From: Opitutaceae bacterium
Lineage (GTDB): Bacteria; Verrucomicrobiota; Verrucomicrobiia; Opitutales; Coraliomargaritaceae
Reading direction: 5' to 3'
Assembly: GCA_051252375.1 (NCBI GenBank)
Contig: JBPOFY010000001.1
Span: 256,001-320,000 of the forward strand
Length of the DNA: 64,000 nt
In this document: positions 40,820 through 50,678 of the stretch, in pieces
Position numbering within the stretch: the first letter of the stretch is position 1
Layout: each line of letters begins with the position of its first letter
Notes under the pieces: generated by a model
The model's database searches: none
What the model was told of the DNA's origin: nothing
The model's input: only the letters and a program-made list of their open reading frames with translations
Translations under genes and position numbers: made by a program

Positions 40820-42688
40820 CTAGGCGACTTCCTCTATCTCAAGAATCAATTTAATAAAAATCGAACTGTCCGGGCTGAGATTATAAGGTTCTGCGCTAAA
40901 GTCAGGCAGTTCGAACCCGTTCGATTCGGGGGTAAATTCGAGCTCATTCCAACTGCTCGCCGGCACCAGCAGGCTGGTCGTCCAGACGCATTTCAATGTT
41001 AAGCCCCGGGGCACAGGTGTGTGCTCGACACGATCGTTAGACCCTAGCTTGAAATCAAACTTGGACGCGTAGTTCATTGGATCGGTGCCTAAGTCATGCT
41101 CGATCCGATCATTGTAACCATCTCCATCAGTATCTTCGCTACCATCGCCGTCGATGCTTCCAAGATGTTGCTGTTCCCATAGATCAGATAAACCATCTCT
41201 ATCCTTATCGAAACTACATATATAAGAATATATGTCCGCATTCTTGATGTAGAAACGGATTTTCCTCGCATGCTGCAAAGGAGCAGAATCCTCGCTCTCG
41301 CGCCACTGTAAGGCGTGTCGAACACTGTCTCCCTCAAATGGAATACACAGATCACGCGACCAGCCATCGAGGAGTTTTCCGTTTAAATCCAGAAGTTCGG
41401 CCACGATGTAGCCGCCCTCCCCCGTCTTGGCATTAATAGTGATCGAGGGCATGGGTATGTTTTCCATACGGCTGACGAACCAACCCTCGGTATCGCCCGC
41501 TTGAATAGAGCAAAATCCGTCCAAGCGCAGTGTCGCTATCCCGATCGCATTCTCGTTCACAATGTCCCCGTGCGGCGCGTTATTCCCGCCATAATAAAAC
41601 CAAAGCTCATCCCCCATAATAACAGGCTTTCGGGATGTGTAGATCATCTGGCTGTCGAAGTCGTCCTCGCCTCCGCGTTCGATGAATTGATAACGGGGAA
41701 ACGGTCGCGTCCAATTAATCAGATCCCAGCTCCAGGAAAGTTGCACGTCGATCGTCTTCGGGCTACGGCTCTCGGACTGCGCGACATTAACCGAAGTGGC
41801 GTCGCGCCCCTTTACCCAACGAGCATTATAGATCCAGGGCAGACCAACATACATACCTTGATAGGCAAAAGTCGGCATACCGTAGATTTGAGTCTCGTCC
41901 GGATCCAAGTCATCTGGAACGAAGATAGGCCCATCAACTGGAATGCTCCAATCGATGCCGTTCTGAGAAGTTGCAATGCCAACCGAACGCCCTCGACGAC
42001 TAGTCAATTTTCTGGTCGCCACATAGCGCTTCTTGTAAGGGTCGTAGGTGCAATTGACGACATCTCCTGTTGGGAATAGAGGGGTCTGAACCGCTTCGAT
42101 CTCGCCCACCCAAGTCTTACCATCAGCCGAATAGAGCACCCGCGCGGCTTTATTATTATAGCAATACAGGGCATATCGCTTCGCGGGATCACTTTCCCAG
42201 TCTTGCCGAATCACCGATACATTATGAAAACTACCCTCGGTAAATGGCACGACGATATTGTTATTCGAACTAGCGCCATAGGTCACTTGATTGAGAATAG
42301 GTTTCACCCAAAAGATACCATCATCCGACTCGGCATAGCAGGTAATATATTTTACATCCGGTCGATAGGCGTGATACCACATGCGAAATTTCCCCTCTTC
42401 CTCTAGGACAGTGCCGTAAAGATAGGGGCCGGATCGAGTGTCCGAACCTTCCCACCATCGATCCTTGACTATAATCGGATTAGCTGGGTGTTTGTCTGCT
42501 CGGTGAAAAACGCGCTCAGTGTTTTGAGATTTCTCAACAACATAACTATCAAGGAAGAGCCTCCGCCAAGGCCCTTCTTCGGGGCCCGCTAGTGTCTCAA
42601 TAGCGTCCCTAGCAATCTCATGCGGAGTGGCTGCATATGTCTTGCCTGCAAAGAGGAACGCTATGAGTAATAAAATCAGTGCTCGCAT
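40820..42688 (-). CDS. Secreted Asp-box beta-propeller glycoside-hydrolase-like protein with DxDGDG repeats and C-terminal domain
   Basis: Signal peptide; FRMWY, ESDDGIFW, SADGKTW, TSQNGIDW, SWDLINW; LRLDGF; DKDRDGLSD.WE, DTDGDG..D..E...GTDP. Confidence 0.7.
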   Translation of the reverse strand: MRALILLLIAFLFAGKTYAATPHEIARDAIETLAGPEEGPWRRLFLDSYVVEKSQNTERVFHRADKHPANPIIVKDRWWEGSDTRSGPYLYGTVLEEEGKFRMWYHAYRPDVKYITCYAESDDGIFWVKPILNQVTYGASSNNNIVVPFTEGSFHNVSVIRQDWESDPAKRYALYCYNNKAARVLYSADGKTWVGEIEAVQTPLFPTGDVVNCTYDPYKKRYVATRKLTSRRGRSVGIATSQNGIDWSIPVDGPIFVPDDLDPDETQIYGMPTFAYQGMYVGLPWIYNARWVKGRDATSVNVAQSESRSPKTIDVQLSWSWDLINWTRPFPRYQFIERGGEDDFDSQMIYTSRKPVIMGDELWFYYGGNNAPHGDIVNENAIGIATLRLDGFCSIQAGDTEGWFVSRMENIPMPSITINAKTGEGGYIVAELLDLNGKLLDGWSRDLCIPFEGDSVRHALQWRESEDSAPLQHARKIRFYIKNADIYSYICSFDKDRDGLSDLWEQQHLGSIDGDGSEDTDGDGYNDRIEHDLGTDPMNYASKFDFKLGSNDRVEHTPVPRGLTLKCVWTTSLLVPASSWNELEFTPESNGFELPDFSAEPYNLSPDSSIFIKLILEIEEVA

Positions 42689-42694
42689 AATGGA

Positions 42695-43516
42695 TTAAGC
42701 CCAGCTCATGGCGTAGCCTAGTTTTCGAACTATTTCGTTTTGCGAATGAAAGGCGCCCTTGAGGCTTTCAAAGGTTTGAGGCTTCGCGGGCCTCGGTTGG
42801 CCGGCGTTGAAGGCCGCCGCGTTGGAGAGGTCGTGGCGGGGAATACCCAGAAACTCACAGCTCTGATTGAATATCGCCTGCGTATCCGCATACATGGCCT
42901 CTGCTTCCAAGACTAGTAGTTGATTCTGAGGATAATGTGCGAGCCAACGTTCTAGGCCGGTGGCATAATCACTCCAGGAAAAGTAGCAGCGTTGAGGCAG
43001 ATCGGGGCACTCTCCTGCCATCCAACGTTCGATATTTTCGGGGGAGAACACTTCGTCGATCGGGCGGTCCTCATGGCCGAAACGGACTTGATGGTGGTAG
43101 TGCGACACCGCGCGTGCGGCCGGCTCGCGCAGGATGGCAATAATGCGTGCTTTCGGAACCAGTGCATGGGCTTGCTGGGGCGCCTGCTGCACACAGAGCA
43201 TGATGGGGGTGGCCTCACCGCAGACCAGATTACTCACCTGCAGCTTAGTGCGTAGTGGGAAATGCCGACGGTACCAGCGCTCACCCCGCTCGGGATGGCT
43301 GCAAAAGTAGAAGATTTCTTTAGGAACCGAGCCGACGACCTGAGGATGTTGGCAGAGGTAGTTGAAAAGCGAAGTCGTCCCTGCTTTCTGTGCTCCGATA
43401 ATGAGGAAGTCCGGTAGCGCGCGCTGCGCAGAGTTAAGCTCCCGAAGTTTAAGGTAGGCAGATTTAACCACAGGAGGAATCCGCCCGTTGAGGGCGAGGC
43501 GAAGGGAGTGGAGCAT
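42695..43516 (-). CDS. Sulfotransferase (Sulfotransfer_1, heparan 3-O-sulfotransferase-like)
   Basis: LPDFLIIGAQKAGTTSL, KE..YF, GEATP, LREPAARAVS.YHH. Confidence 0.92.
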   Translation of the reverse strand: MLHSLRLALNGRIPPVVKSAYLKLRELNSAQRALPDFLIIGAQKAGTTSLFNYLCQHPQVVGSVPKEIFYFCSHPERGERWYRRHFPLRTKLQVSNLVCGEATPIMLCVQQAPQQAHALVPKARIIAILREPAARAVSHYHHQVRFGHEDRPIDEVFSPENIERWMAGECPDLPQRCYFSWSDYATGLERWLAHYPQNQLLVLEAEAMYADTQAIFNQSCEFLGIPRHDLSNAAAFNAGQPRPAKPQTFESLKGAFHSQNEIVRKLGYAMSWA

Positions 43517-43560
43517 GCTTGAAAGGGAAAAGCTAAAAGGTGACGTAGCTGCGTGGCGCT

Positions 43561-44583
43561 TTAGCTACGTGTGTAAACTGCAACATATTTCTCCGCGATT
43601 TCCCTACACTGGAAGCGCTGGACGTTCGCAAGTCCCTTCTCGACTAAAGCCGCGCGCAGACTTTGATCACCGAGCAGCCGTTCGAAGCCTTGACGTATCG
43701 ATTCGAGACTCTCCGGATCCACTAAAAGCGCAGACTCACCAGCTACTTCCATAAGCGACTCCATTTCACTGGTCAAGACGGGCCGCCCAGTGGCTTGGGC
43801 TTCCAAGACGGGCAAGCCAAAGCCTTCGTAGGTGGACGCGAAGGCGAGCAGGTCGCAGTCGCGGTAAGCTCGGAGCAGATCTGCATCAGACAAGCGCCCA
43901 AGTTCAGTAAACAGCACCTGAGTTTTCTCTAGGGCTACGCGTTGCGCTTCGGTGAGTTTACCGACAACGTGAACTCTGGCATTTAAGCCGGTTAAGGCCT
44001 GAAACATGCGCTCAATATTTTTTTGCGGGCGGGTGCCGACCATCAGCACGACGGGTGTTTCCGGCCAGTCCTTGTGGACAGGTATGAATTCCGGAGAAAT
44101 ACAATTGGGGATCACCCTTACCTTTTCGGAACGTGCCCCGAAAGTTTGCTCAAGCTCACGGCGAACAGCATGAGAGATCGTCGTCGTTACACTGGCATAG
44201 CGCATGGGCAGGGTGTACCAGAAATAGCTAAAGACTCTGCGGGCCACACCACTTTTCGGACGTAGCGGCGCCAGATCATGAATGGTCAGCACAGTGCGGC
44301 GCCCAGCAATTGCGGGTGTCAGATAGTGGATATCTCCGGTAATGTGCACTACATCGGCGCGGAGGAAAAAAGCCTGTAAGCAATTTAACAAACGAGGAAA
44401 GATGCCATGACTATGAAACCAGGAATGGACAACACGCACTTCGATATCGGACGGAAGCGCTGCGCGTATGTGCTCGAAAAGACGCTCGAAACTATGGTAA
44501 CCCAATTGCGGCTTTCGCAAGAGGTGCACCACGTGCAACTTTCGCGCTGCGGGCTTGCTGGTATTGTTTGGAGGGAAACTCAC
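43561..44583 (-). CDS. Glycosyltransferase family 4
   Basis: TIHDL, KNIER, FASTYEGFGLPVLEAQA.G.PV. Confidence 0.92.
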   Translation of the reverse strand: MSFPPNNTSKPAARKLHVVHLLRKPQLGYHSFERLFEHIRAALPSDIEVRVVHSWFHSHGIFPRLLNCLQAFFLRADVVHITGDIHYLTPAIAGRRTVLTIHDLAPLRPKSGVARRVFSYFWYTLPMRYASVTTTISHAVRRELEQTFGARSEKVRVIPNCISPEFIPVHKDWPETPVVLMVGTRPQKNIERMFQALTGLNARVHVVGKLTEAQRVALEKTQVLFTELGRLSDADLLRAYRDCDLLAFASTYEGFGLPVLEAQATGRPVLTSEMESLMEVAGESALLVDPESLESIRQGFERLLGDQSLRAALVEKGLANVQRFQCREIAEKYVAVYTRS

Positions 44584-44714
44584 GCTAACTTTTTAACCGC
44601 TTATCTACGCTCATCTAAACCGATGGGGAATGTTAATACCTATTAACGCACTATTAGCGAGAAGAAGCGTTTTCTGCCATTTGACAGCTCATTGTTATAC
44701 CGAGCTAGAAAATA

Positions 44715-45566
44715 CTATGACGACGAACTAATAAGCTTTGAATAGGTGCCGGCGGGTTGTCCACCTGAGCGCTGGCACGCGAATCTGCGTAATACCGGCA
44801 GCTTACGGATTACATAAACGATTAAAAAATGTCGGCACAAGAAACGTAGGTGGGCAACATATACCTTGAATTTAAAAGCTATGCTTGGTGCATTTTGAAT
44901 TAGCGACTGGCGTGCCTGTCGTTTCGCGCGGATGCGCGCGCGTTCACTTAATCCTCCTGAAAGAATGAACGCGGCGACCGAAGGTAGATAGTAACCTTTT
45001 GCGCCCGACGCAACCAGCTCTACCATCAAATCATAATCCGCAGCTAAATCATACTTTAACTTAAAAGGCCGCTCAATTAATAAACTACGCTTAACGATAA
45101 GACAGGGGTGTAGCATCGGCGCATGATGTAAAAAGTGTGAAAGTTGTAGGAGTTCCGGCGCTTTTCTCAAAAATTCACGGCCGTCTGCGGCATCGACCGT
45201 CACCCCATCGGCGTAAATATAAGTGCACTCCTCGCGCTGCAATAATGCCTGATATAAACACGCACCAAAACCTTCGGCCAACCAATCGCCTGCATTCAAA
45301 AACAAGATCCAATCACTTTTGGCAGCATCGATAGCCTGATTCATACCATCGAAAACGCCACGATCACGCCCACTGATTTTACGAATTTGAAGTAGAGGTG
45401 CTGCAGGATCTGAAGCGGTGGACTCAGTCAAACTTTCGTCTGTGCCCCACTCCTTAATCAAATACTCCACCTCCTTGAAGTTGCCGAATTCCTGCAAAAC
45501 TGAGGCGTAGGTTTTGCCAAAGTCCTCAGCGGGACTTTTAATAACTGAGACGATAGAGAGTAGCAT
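44715..45566 (-). CDS. Glycosyltransferase family 2 (WcaE-like)
   Basis: D.GVFDGMN, LFLNAGD, HP, AADYD, GGLS; start set to the ATG at 45566. Confidence 0.85.
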   Translation of the reverse strand: MLLSIVSVIKSPAEDFGKTYASVLQEFGNFKEVEYLIKEWGTDESLTESTASDPAAPLLQIRKISGRDRGVFDGMNQAIDAAKSDWILFLNAGDWLAEGFGACLYQALLQREECTYIYADGVTVDAADGREFLRKAPELLQLSHFLHHAPMLHPCLIVKRSLLIERPFKLKYDLAADYDLMVELVASGAKGYYLPSVAAFILSGGLSERARIRAKRQARQSLIQNAPSIAFKFKVYVAHLRFLCRHFLIVYVIRKLPVLRRFACQRSGGQPAGTYSKLISSSS

Positions 45567-45615
45567 GGCGCGGGACTTGCACACCGAGTGAGAGTGAAGG
45601 GGAATGCTCGGCGGT

Positions 45616-46737
45616 TTACATATGACACGTCGAACGCCTATAAAATTCGATCGTTTCGCGGATCCAATTGGAACGTCGCATGGCGGGATCAGGCGGAGTG
45701 GCTACCATTGGTTCGAAAGCTTCGATCACAGATTTGATCGCCGTTACTGTTGGGGCTTCAAAAAACTCCCCATTCTGTCCAGGTTGAATCAGTTCGCGGC
45801 AACCGCGCACTCGATTAGTCAATACGAGCACATGGCGCGCAAGCGACTCCATCACGCTAACTGGCATTCCCTCCCTGCTGGTTGGAAACAGCATCGCATC
45901 GGATACATCTAAATAGGGCATGACATCATCTTGAACCCCTAGAAAACGAATGGCGGGATGTGCTTGGAACTCAGCCCACTCCGTATCGGAAAGGCCAGTA
46001 TCGTGTAGCGGATCACGCTCACCAATAACGATCCAGCGTAAATCAGTTCGCTTTTTAACTGCACTCATGAAAGCACGTGCTGCGAGGTGAAAGCCTTTGT
46101 GCGCGACCAATCGGCCAATAAAAATATATACCACATCTTGCTCTGCAAGCTGTAGCGACCGGCGAAAGGCCAATCGTGCTTCGGGTGTGGGCAAAGCAGT
46201 GTCAAAAAAGCGATCATGGCAACCAAAGCCCCGCGACTCCTGAACTTGAATCGATGCCTGTCGAGTCGCTCGCGAAAGCACCTTATGGTCATCTTCTGTC
46301 AGTACATAGATAGCATCTAATCTAGAAGCTGCGAAAGTTTCAGAAAATCGGATAAGCATGCCACGAAATCCTTTGGAAAACGGAAATTGAATGCCTTGAA
46401 ACGTGCCAACCCATTTTGCACCACAATCCCCTCCGAGTCTTGCGATGGCTGCGGTCAAGATTGCTGAGGAAAAATGCGCGTGTATTACATCCGGGGCGAA
46501 GTCCTTAATGATTTTCCTCACCTCACGACCAGTTTTCAGGTGCCCCACCGGATTGGCACCACGCGGAAAGGATACGTGACGAATTAGCCCTGGTCCATTG
46601 ACTGGTTGATTGGAAATACCGCCACTTGGATTAAACAAAGTGAGCACTTCATGCCCTTCCTCTATTAAGGCAGCAGTCAACTCAGCCAAAAAAACACGGA
46701 AGCTATCTGCTCCAGGAATGATTTGTAAAATACGCAC
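45616..46737 (-). CDS. Glycosyltransferase family 4
   Basis: FIGRLV.HKG, FPT.REGMP.SVMESLA, RGCRE. Confidence 0.9.
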   Translation of the reverse strand: MRILQIIPGADSFRVFLAELTAALIEEGHEVLTLFNPSGGISNQPVNGPGLIRHVSFPRGANPVGHLKTGREVRKIIKDFAPDVIHAHFSSAILTAAIARLGGDCGAKWVGTFQGIQFPFSKGFRGMLIRFSETFAASRLDAIYVLTEDDHKVLSRATRQASIQVQESRGFGCHDRFFDTALPTPEARLAFRRSLQLAEQDVVYIFIGRLVAHKGFHLAARAFMSAVKKRTDLRWIVIGERDPLHDTGLSDTEWAEFQAHPAIRFLGVQDDVMPYLDVSDAMLFPTSREGMPVSVMESLARHVLVLTNRVRGCRELIQPGQNGEFFEAPTVTAIKSVIEAFEPMVATPPDPAMRRSNWIRETIEFYRRSTCHM

Positions 46738-46755
46738 GGGGTTGACGTTAACGAA

Positions 46756-47568
46756 TTATTGCGAATACCCAATCGCTCGAAGGGCAAAAGCCAGCGACGC
46801 GAGTGGCGCCTGCCACTTAAATATCGAGAACCACGAGCCCTCCTTCGACTTATAACGCTCAGCAGCCAATCGAGCTTGATGAAAGGCACGCACTGAATTG
46901 GACCAATTCTTAAAATGTTTAGAATACAAACGCTCTAATCCAGCAGTACGAGCAGCCGTATTTGTCGAAATACGAGCTTGGTCATGATCTCGATACAATA
47001 TGAGTGGTTCCTGTGTGAGCGTAATCGATTGATTGACTGAAAGCCGGAGCCAAAGATCCCAGTCTTGCATGGACTTCATTTTTGGATCGAAACCTCCTAC
47101 TTCTTGAAACGCACCAGCTTTGACAACCATACTAGAGCAACCTCCTGCTACATTTTGTCGACAGATATCGATTTCACTTAGCTTTTCTTTACGACGCGCA
47201 CGTGGCATCGAGCGCTTCGATGCCATTTCCCAGGACAATGACCACACGACTACGTCAGGACGAGCGGCTATCAATGAATGTAAAGTTTCGATCGCATTCG
47301 GTAAGTATTCGTCATCGTCATCCAAAAAGCAAATGTATGGCTGATCGGCTAGACCAGCGCCTAAATTCCTTGCGGCATTGGCGCCAGAAATTTCAGGCGT
47401 TGAGGCGATTCTTATAGGTAATTTGTCGCTAAAAGCATTTACTTCGGGCTGGTGACCATCCCCGACAACGATCACTTGATCTCCTTCATCGAGACCAGCC
47501 GACACCAATGAACAAAGAGCATGGAGTCCGTTTCGAGCAGGTCCAATGGGAATGATTATTGAAAACAT
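46756..47568 (-). CDS. Glycosyltransferase family 2
   Basis: SIIIP, GANAARN.G, FLDDDD, GGFD, QDWDLWLR. Confidence 0.92.
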   Translation of the reverse strand: MFSIIIPIGPARNGLHALCSLVSAGLDEGDQVIVVGDGHQPEVNAFSDKLPIRIASTPEISGANAARNLGAGLADQPYICFLDDDDEYLPNAIETLHSLIAARPDVVVWSLSWEMASKRSMPRARRKEKLSEIDICRQNVAGGCSSMVVKAGAFQEVGGFDPKMKSMQDWDLWLRLSVNQSITLTQEPLILYRDHDQARISTNTAARTAGLERLYSKHFKNWSNSVRAFHQARLAAERYKSKEGSWFSIFKWQAPLASLAFALRAIGYSQ

Positions 47569-47691
47569 GGGCGCACTAAAATCCGAGTGAAAGTGAAGCT
47601 TTGTTTTGCACAGGTAAAGTGAGTATCTCGGCCTTACAAATGAAAGGCTTTTCTAATGGGTCTTTCTTTTATCCACAAATTGCGCTGCAGG

Positions 47692-49308
47692 CTACTCTGC
47701 CTCACGACTAGGGGCACTTTGGTACTCTCGAAATTCACGTGTATCCGCGTTCATTGACGCTTCAAATCCCTTGTTCAGATTAATACAAAACGTTCGACGA
47801 CGTTCGCCCTCTAATTGAAATAACTTTGCACACGCGCAAAGCATACCCACTAGCGCGACCCAATACGCAGGGCTATTTAGAATAAAATCAAATAAGGCGT
47901 GCGTGATGATCACAGCTGTGCCGACCATCAAGTGGAAAGTGGAAAGCGGAAAGTGGAAAGTGTTTTTGACAACAGCGAATATAAGCGAGGCGAAGGTGAG
48001 GACCAGAAGGCTGCATCCGATGACTCCATATTCGGCCCAAAACTGCAGAATGTCATTGTGTGCGTAGTGATAGACACGACGACCGACCCATCCTCTTCTC
48101 TTGTGATAATATCTGTGAAAAATTTCGGGGATTTCCTGTTGATAAATTGGGAAAATATAGCGGAACGAGCCTGCACCCCATCCCATCAATGCGCGATCTT
48201 GAGCCATTGCGTAGGTCGCCTTACTGGAGAATGTGCGAGCGTCCTGATCGGCATTGTCAATCGTTGCGCTAACATCACCGAAGCGCGTCTGTATCGCTTC
48301 AACATCAATATGCTGAATCATAAAAAACGCACCTGCTCCCAAGAGGCCCGCGACGAGTAAGGAGATCGAAATGGAACTGAGGATCCGTCGTGTGGCCATC
48401 AAGACGCGGAGAATGACGCCGAGAATGAAAGCGATCGAGAGCACTGAAGCAAAGAGAATGGATCCGCGGGAAAGGGCGAGGCCTACCGAGGCAACCACTA
48501 GTGCGAAAAAGATAAAAAGCAAAAAATGCGGCCCCCCACTCTGCGCGGCTTCTTCGGCTTTTTTGGCGTGATAGAAATACAACACTCCGATTCCCACTAA
48601 GATAAGATTTAGATAGGCCGCGCCTTGGTTTCGGTAAAAGAACGAGCCCCAGAAATACTTATTGGCGGATTCCAGGGTCCAGAGAACTTTGTCAGCTTGA
48701 GTCAAATCTTGAATAATCGCCACTAATGCCATCCCTGTTCCGCTAAGCACTAGTGCCCATAAAATAAAAATAGCAGTTTTTCGTCGCGTGATCCCTGCCC
48801 AAATACCCCACATTAGAGTGAAGGACGCGGCAAACCATTCAAGCACGCGAAACGCGTTCATTGGTTCATAATTGGACCGCACACTCGTCGGTAGCCACGC
48901 AGCTACGGGAGCCTGTATTTTTTCAACCCACCAGCCTTCTTCGCCGTGCACCACTATAATTGATGGATTGAATGCTTGAATCGTCAGATAGAGCAGAAAG
49001 AGAAAAGAGAACCAAAAGGGAAGCCATGTAAAAACTCGGCGGAACGACTTTTTAGGAAAGCTGAAACTCTTAAAAGCTGAAACTCTTAAACCATGTGTAA
49101 GTGGAACGAGTGCAAAAAACAAAGTCAATATACCGCCAGCGAGCATGACGTGGACGGTCCAGGCAATCACACCAGCGAACCCCCATGCGGTGAACGCAAG
49201 CGTGAGTGAAGCACTAATCGTTACAAGCCACTCTCGTGATGAAACGCTCGGAATACGGTTCCGATGTTGTAATTTTGAATTCAACTGTAAGGAGCGCTCT
49301 CGACCCAA
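47692..49308 (-). CDS. O-antigen ligase (WaaL/Wzy_C) family membrane protein
   Basis: GSFFYRN, LSRGS, G.GAGSF, AHND.LQ..AE.G..G, HALFDF; start codon uncertain because it overlaps a REP copy. Confidence 0.88.
   Translation of the reverse strand: MGRERSLQLNSKLQHRNRIPSVSSREWLVTISASLTLAFTAWGFAGVIAWTVHVMLAGGILTLFFALVPLTHGLRVSAFKSFSFPKKSFRRVFTWLPFWFSFLFLLYLTIQAFNPSIIVVHGEEGWWVEKIQAPVAAWLPTSVRSNYEPMNAFRVLEWFAASFTLMWGIWAGITRRKTAIFILWALVLSGTGMALVAIIQDLTQADKVLWTLESANKYFWGSFFYRNQGAAYLNLILVGIGVLYFYHAKKAEEAAQSGGPHFLLFIFFALVVASVGLALSRGSILFASVLSIAFILGVILRVLMATRRILSSISISLLVAGLLGAGAFFMIQHIDVEAIQTRFGDVSATIDNADQDARTFSSKATYAMAQDRALMGWGAGSFRYIFPIYQQEIPEIFHRYYHKRRGWVGRRVYHYAHNDILQFWAEYGVIGCSLLVLTFASLIFAVVKNTFHFPLSTFHLMVGTAVIITHALFDFILNSPAYWVALVGMLCACAKLFQLEGERRRTFCINLNKGFEASMNADTREFREYQSAPSREAE
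47930..47962. repeat. Heptamer tract (AAGTGGA)4+ inside the WaaL-like gene
   Basis: aagtgga aagtgga aagcgga aagtgga aagtg; encodes TFHFPLSTFHL. Confidence 0.92.
49057..49088. repeat. Perfect 16-bp tandem duplication (AAAGCTGA-type) inside the WaaL-like gene
   Basis: aaagctgaaactctta x2; encodes LRVSAFKSFSF. Confidence 0.9.
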
Positions 49309-49349
49309 TCTTTAGGATCGAGGCCACGGTGAATTGCGAAGAAAAGAAA

Positions 49350-50564
49350 CTATGACTTTCCAAGACGATCTAGCTTGTAGTCGCCATTTAGAATATTCTC
49401 CCACCACTCTTTATTGTCCAGATACCACTGAACCGTTTTACGAAAACCGCTTTCGAAATCTTCTTTAGGCTCCCACCCGAGCTCGTCGCGAATCTTTGTG
49501 GGATCGATAGCATAACGCATGTCGTGTCCGGGGCGATCCTTCACAAAAGTGATTAAATCTTGAAAAGATTTTGAGGTTGAGAGGTTGAGAGGTTGAGAGG
49601 TTGAGGGGGAACCTGAATGCTCTGCGCTCGAACCCGCAACTGGCAACTTAAACTGTCCCCCACTTAACTCTTCCCCTAGAATCTCGCAAATCATCTTAAT
49701 CAAATCGAGATTCGTTTGTTCGTTATTGCCGCCGATATTATAAGTTTCACCGAGACGACCTTTCGTTAAGACGGTGTATAGTGCTTCCGCGTGATCGGTT
49801 ACGTAAAGCCAGTCTCGGATATTTTCACCTTTGCCATATACTGGTATCGATTCACCGCGTAGGCATTTCAGAATAACCACCGGAATCAACTTCTCGGGAA
49901 ATTGATACGGTCCGTAATTATTAGAGCAATTGGTGACGAGAACCGGGAGACCGTATGTATCTGCCCATGCACGTGCTAAATGATCAGACGCCGCCTTCGA
50001 CGCCGAATAAGGAGAATGCGGGTCGTAAGGTGTCGTTTCAGAAAACCCGGAAGCCTCTGGTGAAAGCGAGCCATAGACTTCGTCGGTGGAGACGTGGAGG
50101 AATCTAAAAGATGCCTTAGTTGGAAGGTGGAAAGGTTCTAAAGTATGAAGGTCCTTTCCCTTAACTTTCTCACTTTCACACGTTTCTACTTTTTCACTAC
50201 CTTCTTCAAGCGAACGCCAATACTCGAGTGCCACCTGAAGCAGGTTAAAAGTGCCGACAATATTGGTCTGAATGAACTCTCCGGGACCATCAATAGAGCG
50301 GTCGACGTGGCTCTCTGCGGCCAAGTGCATGACTGCATGTGGTTGGTGCTTTTGAAACACCGCCTGGAGCGCTCCCATATCACAGAGATCCACTTGCTCG
50401 AAAACATAGTTTGGGTGATCGGCAATATCGGCCAGTGACTTGGCGTTACCCGCATAAGTGAGCTTATCGACATTGATGACTGATACGCCCTTCTCTTGAA
50501 CAAGAAGGCGAACGAGATTGGAACCGATAAATCCGGATCCACCGGTGACTAAAATTTTATACAT
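49350..50564 (-). CDS. rfbB: dTDP-glucose 4,6-dehydratase, carrying two repeat-derived insertions
   Basis: [64 protein letters not shown]. Confidence 0.96.
   Translation of the reverse strand: MYKILVTGGSGFIGSNLVRLLVQEKGVSVINVDKLTYAGNAKSLADIADHPNYVFEQVDLCDMGALQAVFQKHQPHAVMHLAAESHVDRSIDGPGEFIQTNIVGTFNLLQVALEYWRSLEEGSEKVETCESEKVKGKDLHTLEPFHLPTKASFRFLHVSTDEVYGSLSPEASGFSETTPYDPHSPYSASKAASDHLARAWADTYGLPVLVTNCSNNYGPYQFPEKLIPVVILKCLRGESIPVYGKGENIRDWLYVTDHAEALYTVLTKGRLGETYNIGGNNEQTNLDLIKMICEILGEELSGGQFKLPVAGSSAEHSGSPSTSQPLNLSTSKSFQDLITFVKDRPGHDMRYAIDPTKIRDELGWEPKEDFESGFRKTVQWYLDNKEWWENILNGDYKLDRLGKS
49573..49655. repeat. (GAGGTTGA)4 perfect octamer tract plus an opposing AAC-periodic arm inside rfbB
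   Basis: gaggttga x4 at 49573-49604; aacccgc aactggc aactta aactg at 49631-49655. Confidence 0.88.
50121..50198. repeat. Inverted pair of 8-bp periodic tracts inside rfbB
   Basis: tggaaggt ggaaaggt tctaaagt atgaaggt, then actttctc actttcac acgtttct actttttc. Confidence 0.85.
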
Positions 50565-50678
50565 AATTTTGTATTAGTATGTTTAACATAAGGGCAGCTC
50601 TAACCTATGTGTTTTTAAACTGCCGATGGATGAATAAGCGGTCCCCGACGCAGTCGGACCTAGATTCAGACTCATCAG

